From: an uncultured Gemmatimonadota bacterium
GTDB lineage: Bacteria > JAAXHH01
Length of the DNA stretch: 64,000 nucleotides
Reading direction: 5' to 3'
Assembly (NCBI GenBank): GCA_951812955.1
Contig: OX638340.1
Location: forward strand, 2,624,001 to 2,688,000
Below the pieces are notes generated by a model. The model saw nothing but the letters and a program-made list of their open reading frames with translations, was not told the origin of the DNA and did not search any database. Below, in pieces: positions 48,782 through 58,164 of the stretch. Made by a program: the position numbers and the translations under genes. Numbering within the stretch: the first letter of the stretch is position 1; each line of letters starts with the position of its first letter.

Positions 48782-48996
48782 CAGAATTCCAGCCGCCTAG
48801 ATGTAGCCGAATAACGAGCACGCTTACTACATCAGTGTTCGAGAGGAATAACCAGTAATGAGTTACAGGTTTATGATATGGCGGTGCCAATTACACAGAA
48901 CTACAGACTCAAACAACGGCGCTGAGATCACCGTTCGCCCTTACTGTGGTCGTTGGAATTCGTAGATCTCCTTCGACCGTACCCAGGCGGTTATTC

Positions 48997-49064
48997 ACCC
49001 TACCCAGGTGGGTATTCCTATCGTGCATTTCGATTCGAACCTCGGAGAACTTTACGTTCATTTC
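48997..49064. repeat. Direct repeat copy 2 (~67 bp)
   Basis: Identical to 47412-47479; preceded by an extra 20-bp imperfect duplication (tacccaggcggttattcacc / ctacccaggtgggtattcc). Confidence 0.85.
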
Positions 49065-49207
49065 TGTCCGTAGCCCTTGAAATCGTCCCTCAAAGTCCCG
49101 ATGTCTTCCCTCAGAGCGTTTGTCGAACGCCCCAGGAAGGTGGGGATCGCCACGACCAGCACGCCGACAGCAGTGATTCCTTGTATGAATATGCCGAGTG
49201 ATTCCAT
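49058..49207 (-). pseudogene. Small membrane protein copy 2, frameshifted relative to copy 1
   Basis: MESLGIFIQGITAVGVLVVAIPTFLGRSTNALREDIGTLRDDFKGYGQK* ; 1-nt difference from copy 1 puts the shared repeat out of frame. Confidence 0.4.
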
Positions 49208-49311
49208 GACCAGGATGTGTGGATGAGAGTTTAGGAATTATGACACACTAACTATATCAGTGTGAGAAGTCCTGGAAATCTTGGTGGTTTTTTAATTTTT
49301 AAAAAAGGACC

Positions 49312-50658
49312 TTACGCGCCGTCCTGCCCGATCAGCAGTTCGAGCGGTTGCTCGAGGACTTCCCTGAGGTGGGAGAGGAACCGGCCGGCGACCGCGCCGT
49401 CGATAAGCCTGTGGTCGGAGGAGAGCGTGATCGACATCATGGCCTTGATCTCGACCTTGCCGTCCACCGCGACCGGGGTGTCCTTCACCCGGCCCACGGC
49501 GAGGATGGCCGCTTCCGGCGGGTTGATGATGGCGGTGAACTGGTCCACGCCGAACATGCCGAGATTGGAGATGGTGAAGGTGCCATAGCCGTAGTCTGAG
49601 GGGCCCAGGCCCTGTGCCCGTGCCTTCTTGCCCAGCGCACTGGTCAGCGCGGCGATCTCGAAGACCGATTTCTGATCGGCGGACGCCACGACCGGGACGA
49701 CCAGCCCGTCATCTAGGGCGACGGCGAAACCCACGTTCACGTCCGCATACTCCACGATATCCCCGCCTTCGAGGGACGCGTTGACGGCGGGGAAGGACCG
49801 CAGGGCGATCCCGGCGGCCTTGATGATCAGGTCGTTCACGGAGACCCTGGCCAAGCCGCGTTTTTCGCCGTAGGCGATCAGCTGTTCCCGCAGCCCGGTA
49901 AGCCGCGTCATGTCCACGTCCATGGTGAGGTAGAAGTGGGGAATGGTTGAAGCGCTTTCGGCCAGTCGCGTCGCGGCGACCTTGCGCAGGCCGCTGAGCG
50001 GCGCGCGGCGTTGGACGCGTTTCGAACCGGGACTGGATGGGGCCGAGGCCGTTGCTGGCTCCGTCACGGGCGTCGCCGTTGCTGCCGCTGGAATCGGCGC
50101 GGCGGCGGCCTGGGCAGCAAAGGCTTCCACGTCCGAGAAAACAATCCGCCCACCGGGGCCCGTCCCCGCTATATTTCCGATGTCTACGCCGAGATCTCGT
50201 GCGTGCCGACGCGCCTTGGGCGAAATTTTGACGCGGCCGGGTTGTCCGGGCCGTCCGTCCGGTTCGGTCATGGCCGCCTGCCCCTGGCCGTTTTGTTCGG
50301 GAGCTACGGCGGCCGGGATACCTTCCCCGGTCGTTCCAGCCGGGTCGGACACCAATGCATCCGCGCCACCTGTCGCGCCTCCGCCATCGCCGGGGTCTCC
50401 GTCGCCGCCGACGGTCTCACCCGCTTCGCCGATGTATCCGATGACCTGCTGAATGGGCACGTCGTCTCCCGGTCCGTGCATAATCTTGAGCAGCGTGCCG
50501 GAAGCCTTTGCCTCGACTTCCATCACGCTCTTGTCCGTTTCGACGTTGAAGAGCACTTCGCCCTCTTTGACGGAATCGCCTTCATTTTTCATCCACTCGA
50601 CGATGATTCCGGATTCCATGGTCATGCCGAGTACGGGCATGATGACTTCTGTGGCCAT
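49312..50658 (-). CDS. Dihydrolipoamide acyltransferase (E2) of a 2-oxoacid dehydrogenase complex
   Basis: Lipoyl domain (…ETDKSVMEVEA…), Pro/Gly-rich linker, subunit-binding region (ISPKARRHARDLGVDI), catalytic C-terminus; start MATEVIMP. Confidence 0.85.
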   Translation of the reverse strand: MATEVIMPVLGMTMESGIIVEWMKNEGDSVKEGEVLFNVETDKSVMEVEAKASGTLLKIMHGPGDDVPIQQVIGYIGEAGETVGGDGDPGDGGGATGGADALVSDPAGTTGEGIPAAVAPEQNGQGQAAMTEPDGRPGQPGRVKISPKARRHARDLGVDIGNIAGTGPGGRIVFSDVEAFAAQAAAAPIPAAATATPVTEPATASAPSSPGSKRVQRRAPLSGLRKVAATRLAESASTIPHFYLTMDVDMTRLTGLREQLIAYGEKRGLARVSVNDLIIKAAGIALRSFPAVNASLEGGDIVEYADVNVGFAVALDDGLVVPVVASADQKSVFEIAALTSALGKKARAQGLGPSDYGYGTFTISNLGMFGVDQFTAIINPPEAAILAVGRVKDTPVAVDGKVEIKAMMSITLSSDHRLIDGAVAGRFLSHLREVLEQPLELLIGQDGA

Positions 50659-50988
50659 TACGGGCTCCCGGGGTCCTTTGATACGTCCGATCCTGGTCTG
50701 TATTCTCTGTGCTAAATCTTTTGTATCTATGTGACTTACAACGCGATAAAAAGTCCGTAGAGCATACACTTCCGCATGGCCGGCGTCAAGCATTTTTTGA
50801 TTGACTTGGACCGGAGGAAAGGGATAGATTCATCCCGGTTCCGCATTCGAAAAACACGGGAGGGAAACCGTCCCGAGGTACGGATTCTTCCATCCTGAAC
50901 GAATGTAAGAACAGTTTTTCGGAACGTCCGCGTTTCGAGGACCTGTTCGGCTGTTGTTCACCCTACCTGCGTGGAGGATCCGAGCCAC

Positions 50989-51279
50989 ATGGAAATCAAA
51001 GTCGATCGATACACGAAAGTGGTGTTGACACTGATCGCCGTCGGTCTGCTGGCGAATGTATTCAAGGATGAGTTGTCCACCATGTCCACGCCGTTGAATC
51101 CCCAACCGGCCATGGCCAAGAACATCGTCATGGGATCCACGATCGCGAATATGGGACAGCGTTTCATCACGGCCAGCCCCGACGGGAAGATCGTCTACAC
51201 TTGGTTTCGGGAAGAGGACCGGCAATGGTACGATCGCGACAAGGTGTATTTCATAGACGCTACGCACGCGGACGATTGA
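50989..51279 (+). CDS. Hypothetical small membrane-anchored protein
   Basis: 96 aa, one N-terminal TM. Confidence 0.3.
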   Translation: MEIKVDRYTKVVLTLIAVGLLANVFKDELSTMSTPLNPQPAMAKNIVMGSTIANMGQRFITASPDGKIVYTWFREEDRQWYDRDKVYFIDATHADD

Positions 51280-51343
51280 TGGGCGGTCCGCGGGCAAAGG
51301 ACCTGCTGAAGGGCGCTGGGCGGGCGAAAGTTCGGCAGATTCG

Positions 51344-51955
51344 ATGATATCGGGTCTCGTACTCGCCGCCGGCCGGTCCGAGCGCATGGGGACGCCGAAG
51401 CAGTTGCTGCCCTTTGGAAGCTTGACGTTGATCGAACAGGTGATCCGGACGCTGACACGTTCGCGCCTGGGGAAAGATGTTGTCGTCGTGCTGGGCCACC
51501 GCGCCATGGATATCGTAAAGCGGATCTCGGGTATGCCGGTCAGCCTCGCGTACAACCCGGACCCGGAAGGCGACATGATCTCGTCGATCCGATGCGGTCT
51601 GGCGTACATCGAACCCGAACAGGCATTCCTGATCGCCCTCGGCGATCAGCCCCTGGTCACGACGGGGATCGTGGACCGGTTGATTGACGAATACGAGCGG
51701 CGTCCCGAAGGCATGGTACTCCCGGTGCATGAAGGAAAGCGGGGCCATCCCATGATCCTGTCGCCAGCGTACAGGGAGGAAATCCTGTTTGAATCGATGC
51801 CGGGTGGCTTGAAGGCGTTGCGCGACCGGCACGCCGATAGCGTCCGCCCGGTGCCCGTGGATACGGATGCGGTCCTGATCGACCTGGATTACCGGAGCGA
51901 TTACGAAGAAGCACTGCGAAGATGGCGAGAGGAAACCGATCTTGATGAACAGTAG
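51344..51955 (+). CDS. MobA-like NTP-transferase (molybdenum-cofactor cytidylyl/guanylyltransferase-like)
   Basis: LVLAAGRSERMGTPKQLL nucleotide-binding motif. Confidence 0.65.
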   Translation: MISGLVLAAGRSERMGTPKQLLPFGSLTLIEQVIRTLTRSRLGKDVVVVLGHRAMDIVKRISGMPVSLAYNPDPEGDMISSIRCGLAYIEPEQAFLIALGDQPLVTTGIVDRLIDEYERRPEGMVLPVHEGKRGHPMILSPAYREEILFESMPGGLKALRDRHADSVRPVPVDTDAVLIDLDYRSDYEEALRRWREETDLDEQ

Positions 51956-51970
51956 AGGAAACCGGACCTG

Positions 51971-52951
51971 TTGAACAGTAACGTGCTCGTTACGCGGCGA
52001 ATCCCCGACGAATCTATCGGAATGCTGGAAGCGGCCTGCGGCGTGGTGGACGTCAATCCCCACGACCGGGCCATGACCCGCGAGGAGTTCCTTGCGGCGG
52101 CCCGGGACCGCGACGGGCTGCTCTGCCTGTTGACCGAGGACATCGACGACGAGGTCCTGGATCTGTCCCCGGACCTGAAAGGCGTGGCCATCTACGCGGT
52201 CGGATATAACAATATCGACGTGGATGCCTGCACGCGGCGCGGCATCCCGGTGACCAACACGCCGGATGTGCTGACCGACACGACCGCCGACATCGCCTGG
52301 GCCCTCATGTTCGCCGCGGCGAGGCGGGTGGCGGAAGGCGACCGGTACGTGCGTGAGGGCCGATTCTCGGGGTGGGGCCCCTTGCTGATGCTGGGCAGCG
52401 ACGTCACCGGCGCGACGCTGGGCATTGTAGGAGCCGGTCGTATCGGCACGGCCACGGCAAAGCGGGCGGCCGGGTTTTCCATGCCCATCGTTTATGCCAG
52501 CCGACGCCGCAGCGAGGCGATCGAGCGCCTAGGAGCGCGGTACCTTCCGCTGGACGACCTGCTCCGGGAATCGGATTTCGTGTCACTGCACGTGCCGCTC
52601 ACGACTGAGACCACCCACCTCATCAGCGAACGCGAACTGGATCTGATGAAGTCCACGGCATATCTCATAAATACGACCCGCGGCCCCGTGGTCGACGAAA
52701 AGGCCCTGGTGCGGGCGCTTCGCGACGGCGTCATCGCCGGTGCGGGACTCGATGTCTTCGAACGCGAACCCGAACTGGAACCTGGGCTGGCGGACCTGGA
52801 GAACGTGGTCATGCTGCCCCACGTCGGCAGTGGGACGGTCGCCACGCGCATCCGGATGGGCAACACGGCCGCGGCGAACCTGATTGCCATGGTCAACGGG
52901 GCGGACCCGCCGAATTGCGTGAATCCGGAATGGAAGGAATATCGTACGTAA
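51971..52951 (+). CDS. D-isomer-specific 2-hydroxyacid dehydrogenase (glyoxylate/hydroxypyruvate reductase-like)
   Basis: GIVGAGRIGTATAKRA NAD fold, catalytic region …LPHVGSGT…; TTG start inferred. Confidence 0.75.
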   Translation: MNSNVLVTRRIPDESIGMLEAACGVVDVNPHDRAMTREEFLAAARDRDGLLCLLTEDIDDEVLDLSPDLKGVAIYAVGYNNIDVDACTRRGIPVTNTPDVLTDTTADIAWALMFAAARRVAEGDRYVREGRFSGWGPLLMLGSDVTGATLGIVGAGRIGTATAKRAAGFSMPIVYASRRRSEAIERLGARYLPLDDLLRESDFVSLHVPLTTETTHLISERELDLMKSTAYLINTTRGPVVDEKALVRALRDGVIAGAGLDVFEREPELEPGLADLENVVMLPHVGSGTVATRIRMGNTAAANLIAMVNGADPPNCVNPEWKEYRT

Positions 52952-53018
52952 AACACACGACAGCGTGTGAATATGAATCGTCAAACCCGGCCGGGAAGAC
53001 CGGATACAGGAGCCTGAA

Positions 53019-53864
53019 ATGAAACTTGTGACCTATGGAGAAAGCGGACAGGAACGGATCGGCGCGGTCGCCGGCAGCGAGATCGTCGACCTTCAGTCGG
53101 CCGATTCGTCCCTGCCCGGCACCGTGCTGGGCGTGATTGAAGCGGATGCCGTCGAGGCGGTATCCCGCGCGGTGGAAAGCGGAGCCGGTGCGCGGACGCC
53201 CCTGGAAAGCGCCCGGCTGGCATCTCCCATTCCCCGACCGCCCAAGATCGTCTGTGTCGGGCTCAACTACCTCGATCACGCGACGGAGCAGAACGTGCAG
53301 CTGCCCGAGCACCCGCTGCTGTTCTCCAAGGCCACCTCGTCGGTGGTCGGTCCCTACGACGACGTGGTACTGCCGGCCGAAAGCGAGCAGGTGGACTACG
53401 AGGTCGAACTCGCCGTGGTAATCGGGAAGACCGCCACCGCCGTACCGGAGGCGGATGCCTACGATTACGTCGCCGGGTACACCGTGGCCAACGACGTCAG
53501 CGCACGCGACATCCAGTTCAGGCAGCAGCAGTGGCATCAGGGCAAGAGCTACGACACGTTCTGTCCCATGGGCCCGTGGTTGGTGACGAAGGACGAGATC
53601 CCCGATCCGAACGCGCTCGCCGTGAAACTGACGCTGAACGGGACCGTCCTGCAGGACAGCAACACGGACAATCTCATTTTCAACGTACCCACGCTGGTGT
53701 CGCGCATATCGAGCGCCATGACCCTGTTGCCGGGCGACGTGATCTCGACCGGAACGCCCGCGGGCGTGGGCGTGTTCCGCGATCCGAAGATCCTGCTCAA
53801 GGCCGGCGACTACATGGAGACCTGGGTGGAAGGCATCGGCACGCTGAAGAATCACGTGCGGTAG
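53019..53864 (+). CDS. Fumarylacetoacetate hydrolase (FAH) family protein
   Basis: …CVGLNYLDHA…, …DYEVELAVVIGK…; 281 aa. Confidence 0.75.
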   Translation: MKLVTYGESGQERIGAVAGSEIVDLQSADSSLPGTVLGVIEADAVEAVSRAVESGAGARTPLESARLASPIPRPPKIVCVGLNYLDHATEQNVQLPEHPLLFSKATSSVVGPYDDVVLPAESEQVDYEVELAVVIGKTATAVPEADAYDYVAGYTVANDVSARDIQFRQQQWHQGKSYDTFCPMGPWLVTKDEIPDPNALAVKLTLNGTVLQDSNTDNLIFNVPTLVSRISSAMTLLPGDVISTGTPAGVGVFRDPKILLKAGDYMETWVEGIGTLKNHVR

Positions 53865-53925
53865 CCACCGTGCCGCGAAGGCTGAAATTCAGACCACCGG
53901 TGATCGATCCGGTAAAGGAAGGATC

Positions 53926-54501
53926 ATGGAGAAACTGAACAGGGAACAGGTGCTGGCCAGGGCGGCGGACACGGGCGACCTCAACGGCGTTGACCTGGGT
54001 GGCCTGGATCTGTCGGAGGCCATTCTGCCCCGTGTCGATTTCAGGGACGCCAACCTGGAGGGAACGAATTTCCGGGAGGCGGATCTGACCGAGGCGGAAT
54101 TCCGCGACGCGAAGATGAGCGGCGCCGATTTTTCGGGCGCGAAGTTGGAAAGAGCGGTGCTGATCGGCGCCAGTATCGAGGGAGCGCGATTCGACGGCGC
54201 CCACATGGTCGGCGCCTTTCTCAACGGTACGGCCGCGTCGGGCGCAAGTTTCAGGAAAGCGGACCTGCGTGCGGCCCGAATCGGCGTACCCAGGTTCCAG
54301 TCAGACGATCCCTTCGCCGCGGTCACGAGCTTCGAAGGCGCGGATATGACCTGGAGTCTATTCGGCGAGGCGGACCTGACGGGGGTGGACCTCAGGAACG
54401 CGAACCTTTCCCACGCCCACATGTACGAGACGGAGATGCGCAGCGCCTTGCTGGACGGAGCGATCCTGACCGGCGTCCGGTTGAAGCGGCAGACAGTCTA
54501 G
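53926..54501 (+). CDS. Pentapeptide-repeat protein
   Basis: Consecutive A(D/N)LxxA-type pentapeptides throughout. Confidence 0.75.
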   Translation: MEKLNREQVLARAADTGDLNGVDLGGLDLSEAILPRVDFRDANLEGTNFREADLTEAEFRDAKMSGADFSGAKLERAVLIGASIEGARFDGAHMVGAFLNGTAASGASFRKADLRAARIGVPRFQSDDPFAAVTSFEGADMTWSLFGEADLTGVDLRNANLSHAHMYETEMRSALLDGAILTGVRLKRQTV

Positions 54502-54577
54502 CCTGGACTGCCGGGCATGACCCGTTTACTCGACCAGGCGGCCAATCTGACCGTTCACTCGACCAGGTACGACCCGT

Positions 54578-55441
54578 TCACCCGACCAGGCGGCGCAGGT
54601 ATTCGCAGTACGCGTTGTCTTCCACATAATTTCCGATCTTCAGCACCTGGTCCCGGTCGATGTACCCCTTCCGGTAGGCGATTTCTTCGACGCAGCCGAT
54701 CTTCAAGCCCTGCCGGTGTTCGACGGCCTGGACGAAATTGCTCGCCTCCAGCAGGCTTTCCGGCGTGCCGGTATCCATCCAGACGATCCCTTCGTCGAAC
54801 CGCTCCACCTTCAGCTTGCCCCGCTGGAGATAGATGTTATTCACATCGGTGATCTCGAGTTCTCCGCGGCCCGATGGCCGCAGCGTTTTTGCAATGAATA
54901 CGACTTCGTTGTCGTAGAAGTAGAGCCCCGTGACGGCGTAGTTGGATCGTGGATTGCGGGGTTTCTCTTCAATGCCGACGACGCGCTCGTGCTCGTCGAA
55001 TTCGACCACGCCGTACCGTTCGGGCTCCTTGACGTAGCAGGCGAAGACCAGTCCTCCGTCTTCGTGCTGCGCGGCCTTTTCGACGATCTCGGTCAGGTTG
55101 CTGCCGTAGAAGAAGTTGTCTCCGAAGATCAGTGCACATGATTCATCGCCGATAAACGATTCCCCTATCAGAAAAGCCTGTGCCACCCCCGCGGGCGCGG
55201 GTTGTATGGCATATTCGAAGTGCATCCCGAGGGCGCTGCCGTCGCCGAAGAGCCTGCGGTACAGGTCGATGTGATCGGGAGAGGAAATGATCAGGATTTC
55301 CCGAATCCCCGCCATCAAGAGGACCGACAGCGGATAGTAGATCATCGGCTTGTCGAAGATGGGGATGATCTGCTTCGATATGGCCTGGGTCTGCGGGTAT
55401 AGACGCAATCCGTGCCCACCCGCGAGTATGATGCCCTTCAT
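54578..55441 (-). CDS. rfbA: Glucose-1-phosphate thymidylyltransferase
   Basis: Starts MKGIILAGGHGLRLYPQT; 288 aa; the 51 upstream ORF codons lack homology, so start set at ATG 55441. Confidence 0.85.
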   Translation of the reverse strand: MKGIILAGGHGLRLYPQTQAISKQIIPIFDKPMIYYPLSVLLMAGIREILIISSPDHIDLYRRLFGDGSALGMHFEYAIQPAPAGVAQAFLIGESFIGDESCALIFGDNFFYGSNLTEIVEKAAQHEDGGLVFACYVKEPERYGVVEFDEHERVVGIEEKPRNPRSNYAVTGLYFYDNEVVFIAKTLRPSGRGELEITDVNNIYLQRGKLKVERFDEGIVWMDTGTPESLLEASNFVQAVEHRQGLKIGCVEEIAYRKGYIDRDQVLKIGNYVEDNAYCEYLRRLVG

Positions 55442-55761
55442 TTGTGGTCTCCGGTTGTCGTAGGGGCGACTAGCACTAGAGGATCCTGTTTTAGGTGTCA
55501 TACACGCTTTCACAAGTTGAATTGCAAAAGATGGACAAGCGAAGAATCGCTGGACTGAGCACATCAGCAAAAAACGCGAAGTTGAATCCGGCAAGCCGAT
55601 TCTTTTTACGAGGCTACAAATCTGTTTTCGACTAAGTTTGTAGTCAAAGTAAACGCTTCATGCCGTAAAAAACACATGTCATTTTTTAAAATTAGAAACA
55701 ATCGCAATCGAAACTGGAGATAAACCACCCCTCATCGAACTCAAAAGCAAAGAAGCGACAT

Positions 55762-56650
55762 ATGGCTGATGACTCTACCACGACTGCTATACCACCAAAA
55801 CAACCGGATACGAGTAGTTCGATTGCAATTAAGTGGCTTCATTCCAAGCTTGTGGAGATTGAAGACCATACATGCATGGATGCGTTAACGATATTTGGTC
55901 CCATAACGGAAACAGTAGATCATCGAGTCAGGTTGGCGATCGAGAGTTTACCGAATCACCGCAACGGCTTGTTGGTCATTATCGATACACCCGGTGGAAT
56001 TGTAGAGGTAGCCGAACGTATTGTAACCACTATCAGGCATTACTACAAAGAGGTCAAGTTTCTCATACCTGATAAAGCGATGTCAGCAGGTACGGTTCTG
56101 GTGATGTCTGGAGATGCGATATTGATGGATCACTTTTCTTGTTTAGGCCCAGTTGATCCACAGTTGTATATCGAAGGCAAACCAATCCCGACGTCTGTCC
56201 TTTCTTATCTTGAACAATATGAACGATTTGTTCAAAAATCCATGGAAGGTACCTTGACGAGTGCTGATTTGGTTCTGCTTCAAAAGCTTGACGCTGCTGA
56301 CTTACGACAGTACGAACTGGCGGCCGAGTTATCTGTGCGCCCGTGATTGGCTTGTTCGGTATAAATTCAAGGATTGGTCCAAGCACAGTTCCACAGGGAA
56401 CACGGTTTCAAAAGAGGAAAAAACAATCCGTGCCGAAGAAGTTGCGAGAGCGCTTAATGATCAGGAAAGATGGGGTACCCATGGAAGGGGAATAAACCGA
56501 GAAGTTCTTGTCAAATTAAAGCTCAAGATTGATAATTTGGAATCCGATACTGAATTAAGTAGTCTAACAAAAGAGTATTTCTGGTTTTTTAGAGACTTAG
56601 CATTCAAAGAGGAGTCGCAAAGTCTTGTACACAACCGGTTATTCATCTGA
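55762..56650 (+). pseudogene. SDH-family (PF01972-like) Clp-fold serine protease, apparently frameshifted (55762..56346 frame A then 56261..56650 frame B)
   Basis: LLVIIDTPGGIVEVAERIVTTIRHY…KAMSAGTVLVMSGDAILMDHFSCLGPVDPQL matches the family core; frames A+B sum to the family's usual ~290 aa; AT-rich. Confidence 0.55.
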
Positions 56651-56660
56651 GAGGAATATC

Positions 56661-56882
56661 ATGAAAACAAATGACAAACTTGTCCTCACTAAGGAACAAC
56701 TGGTTGAGAACCCCGCTGTCAATCCCGGGATTGTAAAAGAAGCGCTGAAAATGCGCCTTGAACTGGAGCGTTTAGGAGTATGGGATAACAGTGGGACACG
56801 TGTGGTATCGCCTTCCGAAATCAGGCCAGCTAAGAATCCCATCGGGAATATCAGACGTCGGTCTATTTCTCAAATCCGGTAA
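56661..56882 (+). CDS. Hypothetical small protein
   Basis: 73 aa from MKTNDKLVLTKEQL; AT-rich like the preceding protease gene. Confidence 0.3.
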   Translation: MKTNDKLVLTKEQLVENPAVNPGIVKEALKMRLELERLGVWDNSGTRVVSPSEIRPAKNPIGNIRRRSISQIR

Positions 56883-57015
56883 TCCTAGCCTGCAGCCGTA
56901 TTATCCTCAGGTATTAAGTCCTTGTTCCGGATTCAATACCCATACTGAATGGTTTGATTAGGCAGTAGCGAAGAAAACGAGCCCGCCCGTTCCTCACCCG
57001 CTCTTCACCCGCTCT

Positions 57016-58065
57016 TCATCCACTCCTCACCCACTCCAGATCGAACCGGACCAACTTGATCGTCTCGTAGGGATGATCTTCTCCCCGTTCATAGAGGCAG
57101 GCGACGGTACCGTCTGGAAGCACGGCGAGGGATGAATAGGCGGACGGCCCGGGATGCAGCACCTTTTCACGTGGCCAGGATCCGCCGGCTTCATCGGAAA
57201 GTCTCACGGTCAGGTTACACCGCTCGTCCCGGCTGGCCGGATTCGAGAACAGCAGGCGGTCGCCCGCGCCGGGATACCGGACGAGGGCCGCCTGGCAGAT
57301 CGGTTCGATCAGCGTTTCGTCGTGGCGCTGGTTACGCCACGTCATCCCGCCGTCTCCGCTGACGGCGAACTGCCTGGTGCGCAAGGCCCGGTCGTAATTT
57401 CGCATGTTGAGCAGGACGTCGCCGTTTTCCAGCTCGGTGACGCAGCATTCGTTGACCTGGTCTTGCAAAGTCGTGCCGCCCATCCGCCAGGTTTCCCCAT
57501 GGTCTTCGCTGTATATGACATGAGAATAGTAGCGTTTGGTGCTTGCCTCTATGTGGTCGCAGGGTATCAGCATCCGGCCCGACGATAGCTGAATTCCGTT
57601 GCCCGGTCCGGTGGCGTACCACGTCCAGTCCGCGCGCTTCGCGGTGGAGGTGATATCCCGCGGTTCGCGCCACGTGCGGCCGTCGTCTTCGCTGGCCGTG
57701 ACCCAGACGGTCCGTGAGCCCTGGCTCGTCCCCTCGATGATCTCGGATTCGCGGTCGATCCCCATGTTGTGGGTCATGAGCAGCCATACTTTCCCGGTCT
57801 CGCCGTCTACCACCGGACAGGGATTGCCGCAGGTATTCCCTGCGTCCGCCCAGACCAGCTCCTGGTCCGACCAGGTGCGCCCGCCGTCTTCGCTCCGCTT
57901 CACCAGCATGTCGATATCGCCGGTGTCGCTTCGGCTGCTCCTCCGGCCTTCGCAGAAGGCGAGGACCGTACCCCGGGTTGTCGCGATGATCGCTGGAATG
58001 CGGTAGGTATCGTAACCTTCCGTGCCGCTGGTCCAGATATCGGATTGTTTACAGGAGCCGCTCAT
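57016..58065 (-). CDS. Exo-alpha-sialidase (GH33, BNR/Asp-box repeats)
   Basis: YRIP motif (YDTYRIPAI) and Asp-boxes SEDGGRTW, SEDDGRTW, SGDGGMTW. Confidence 0.85.
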   Translation of the reverse strand: MSGSCKQSDIWTSGTEGYDTYRIPAIIATTRGTVLAFCEGRRSSRSDTGDIDMLVKRSEDGGRTWSDQELVWADAGNTCGNPCPVVDGETGKVWLLMTHNMGIDRESEIIEGTSQGSRTVWVTASEDDGRTWREPRDITSTAKRADWTWYATGPGNGIQLSSGRMLIPCDHIEASTKRYYSHVIYSEDHGETWRMGGTTLQDQVNECCVTELENGDVLLNMRNYDRALRTRQFAVSGDGGMTWRNQRHDETLIEPICQAALVRYPGAGDRLLFSNPASRDERCNLTVRLSDEAGGSWPREKVLHPGPSAYSSLAVLPDGTVACLYERGEDHPYETIKLVRFDLEWVRSG

Positions 58066-58164
58066 GGGATTTCCTGGGCAATGAACGAGATTTCAGTCAA
58101 TCGGCCGACCACACCGGATCGGTTCAAGGCCTGAACTGATATATGCGGCCGGATTTCGTCATTT

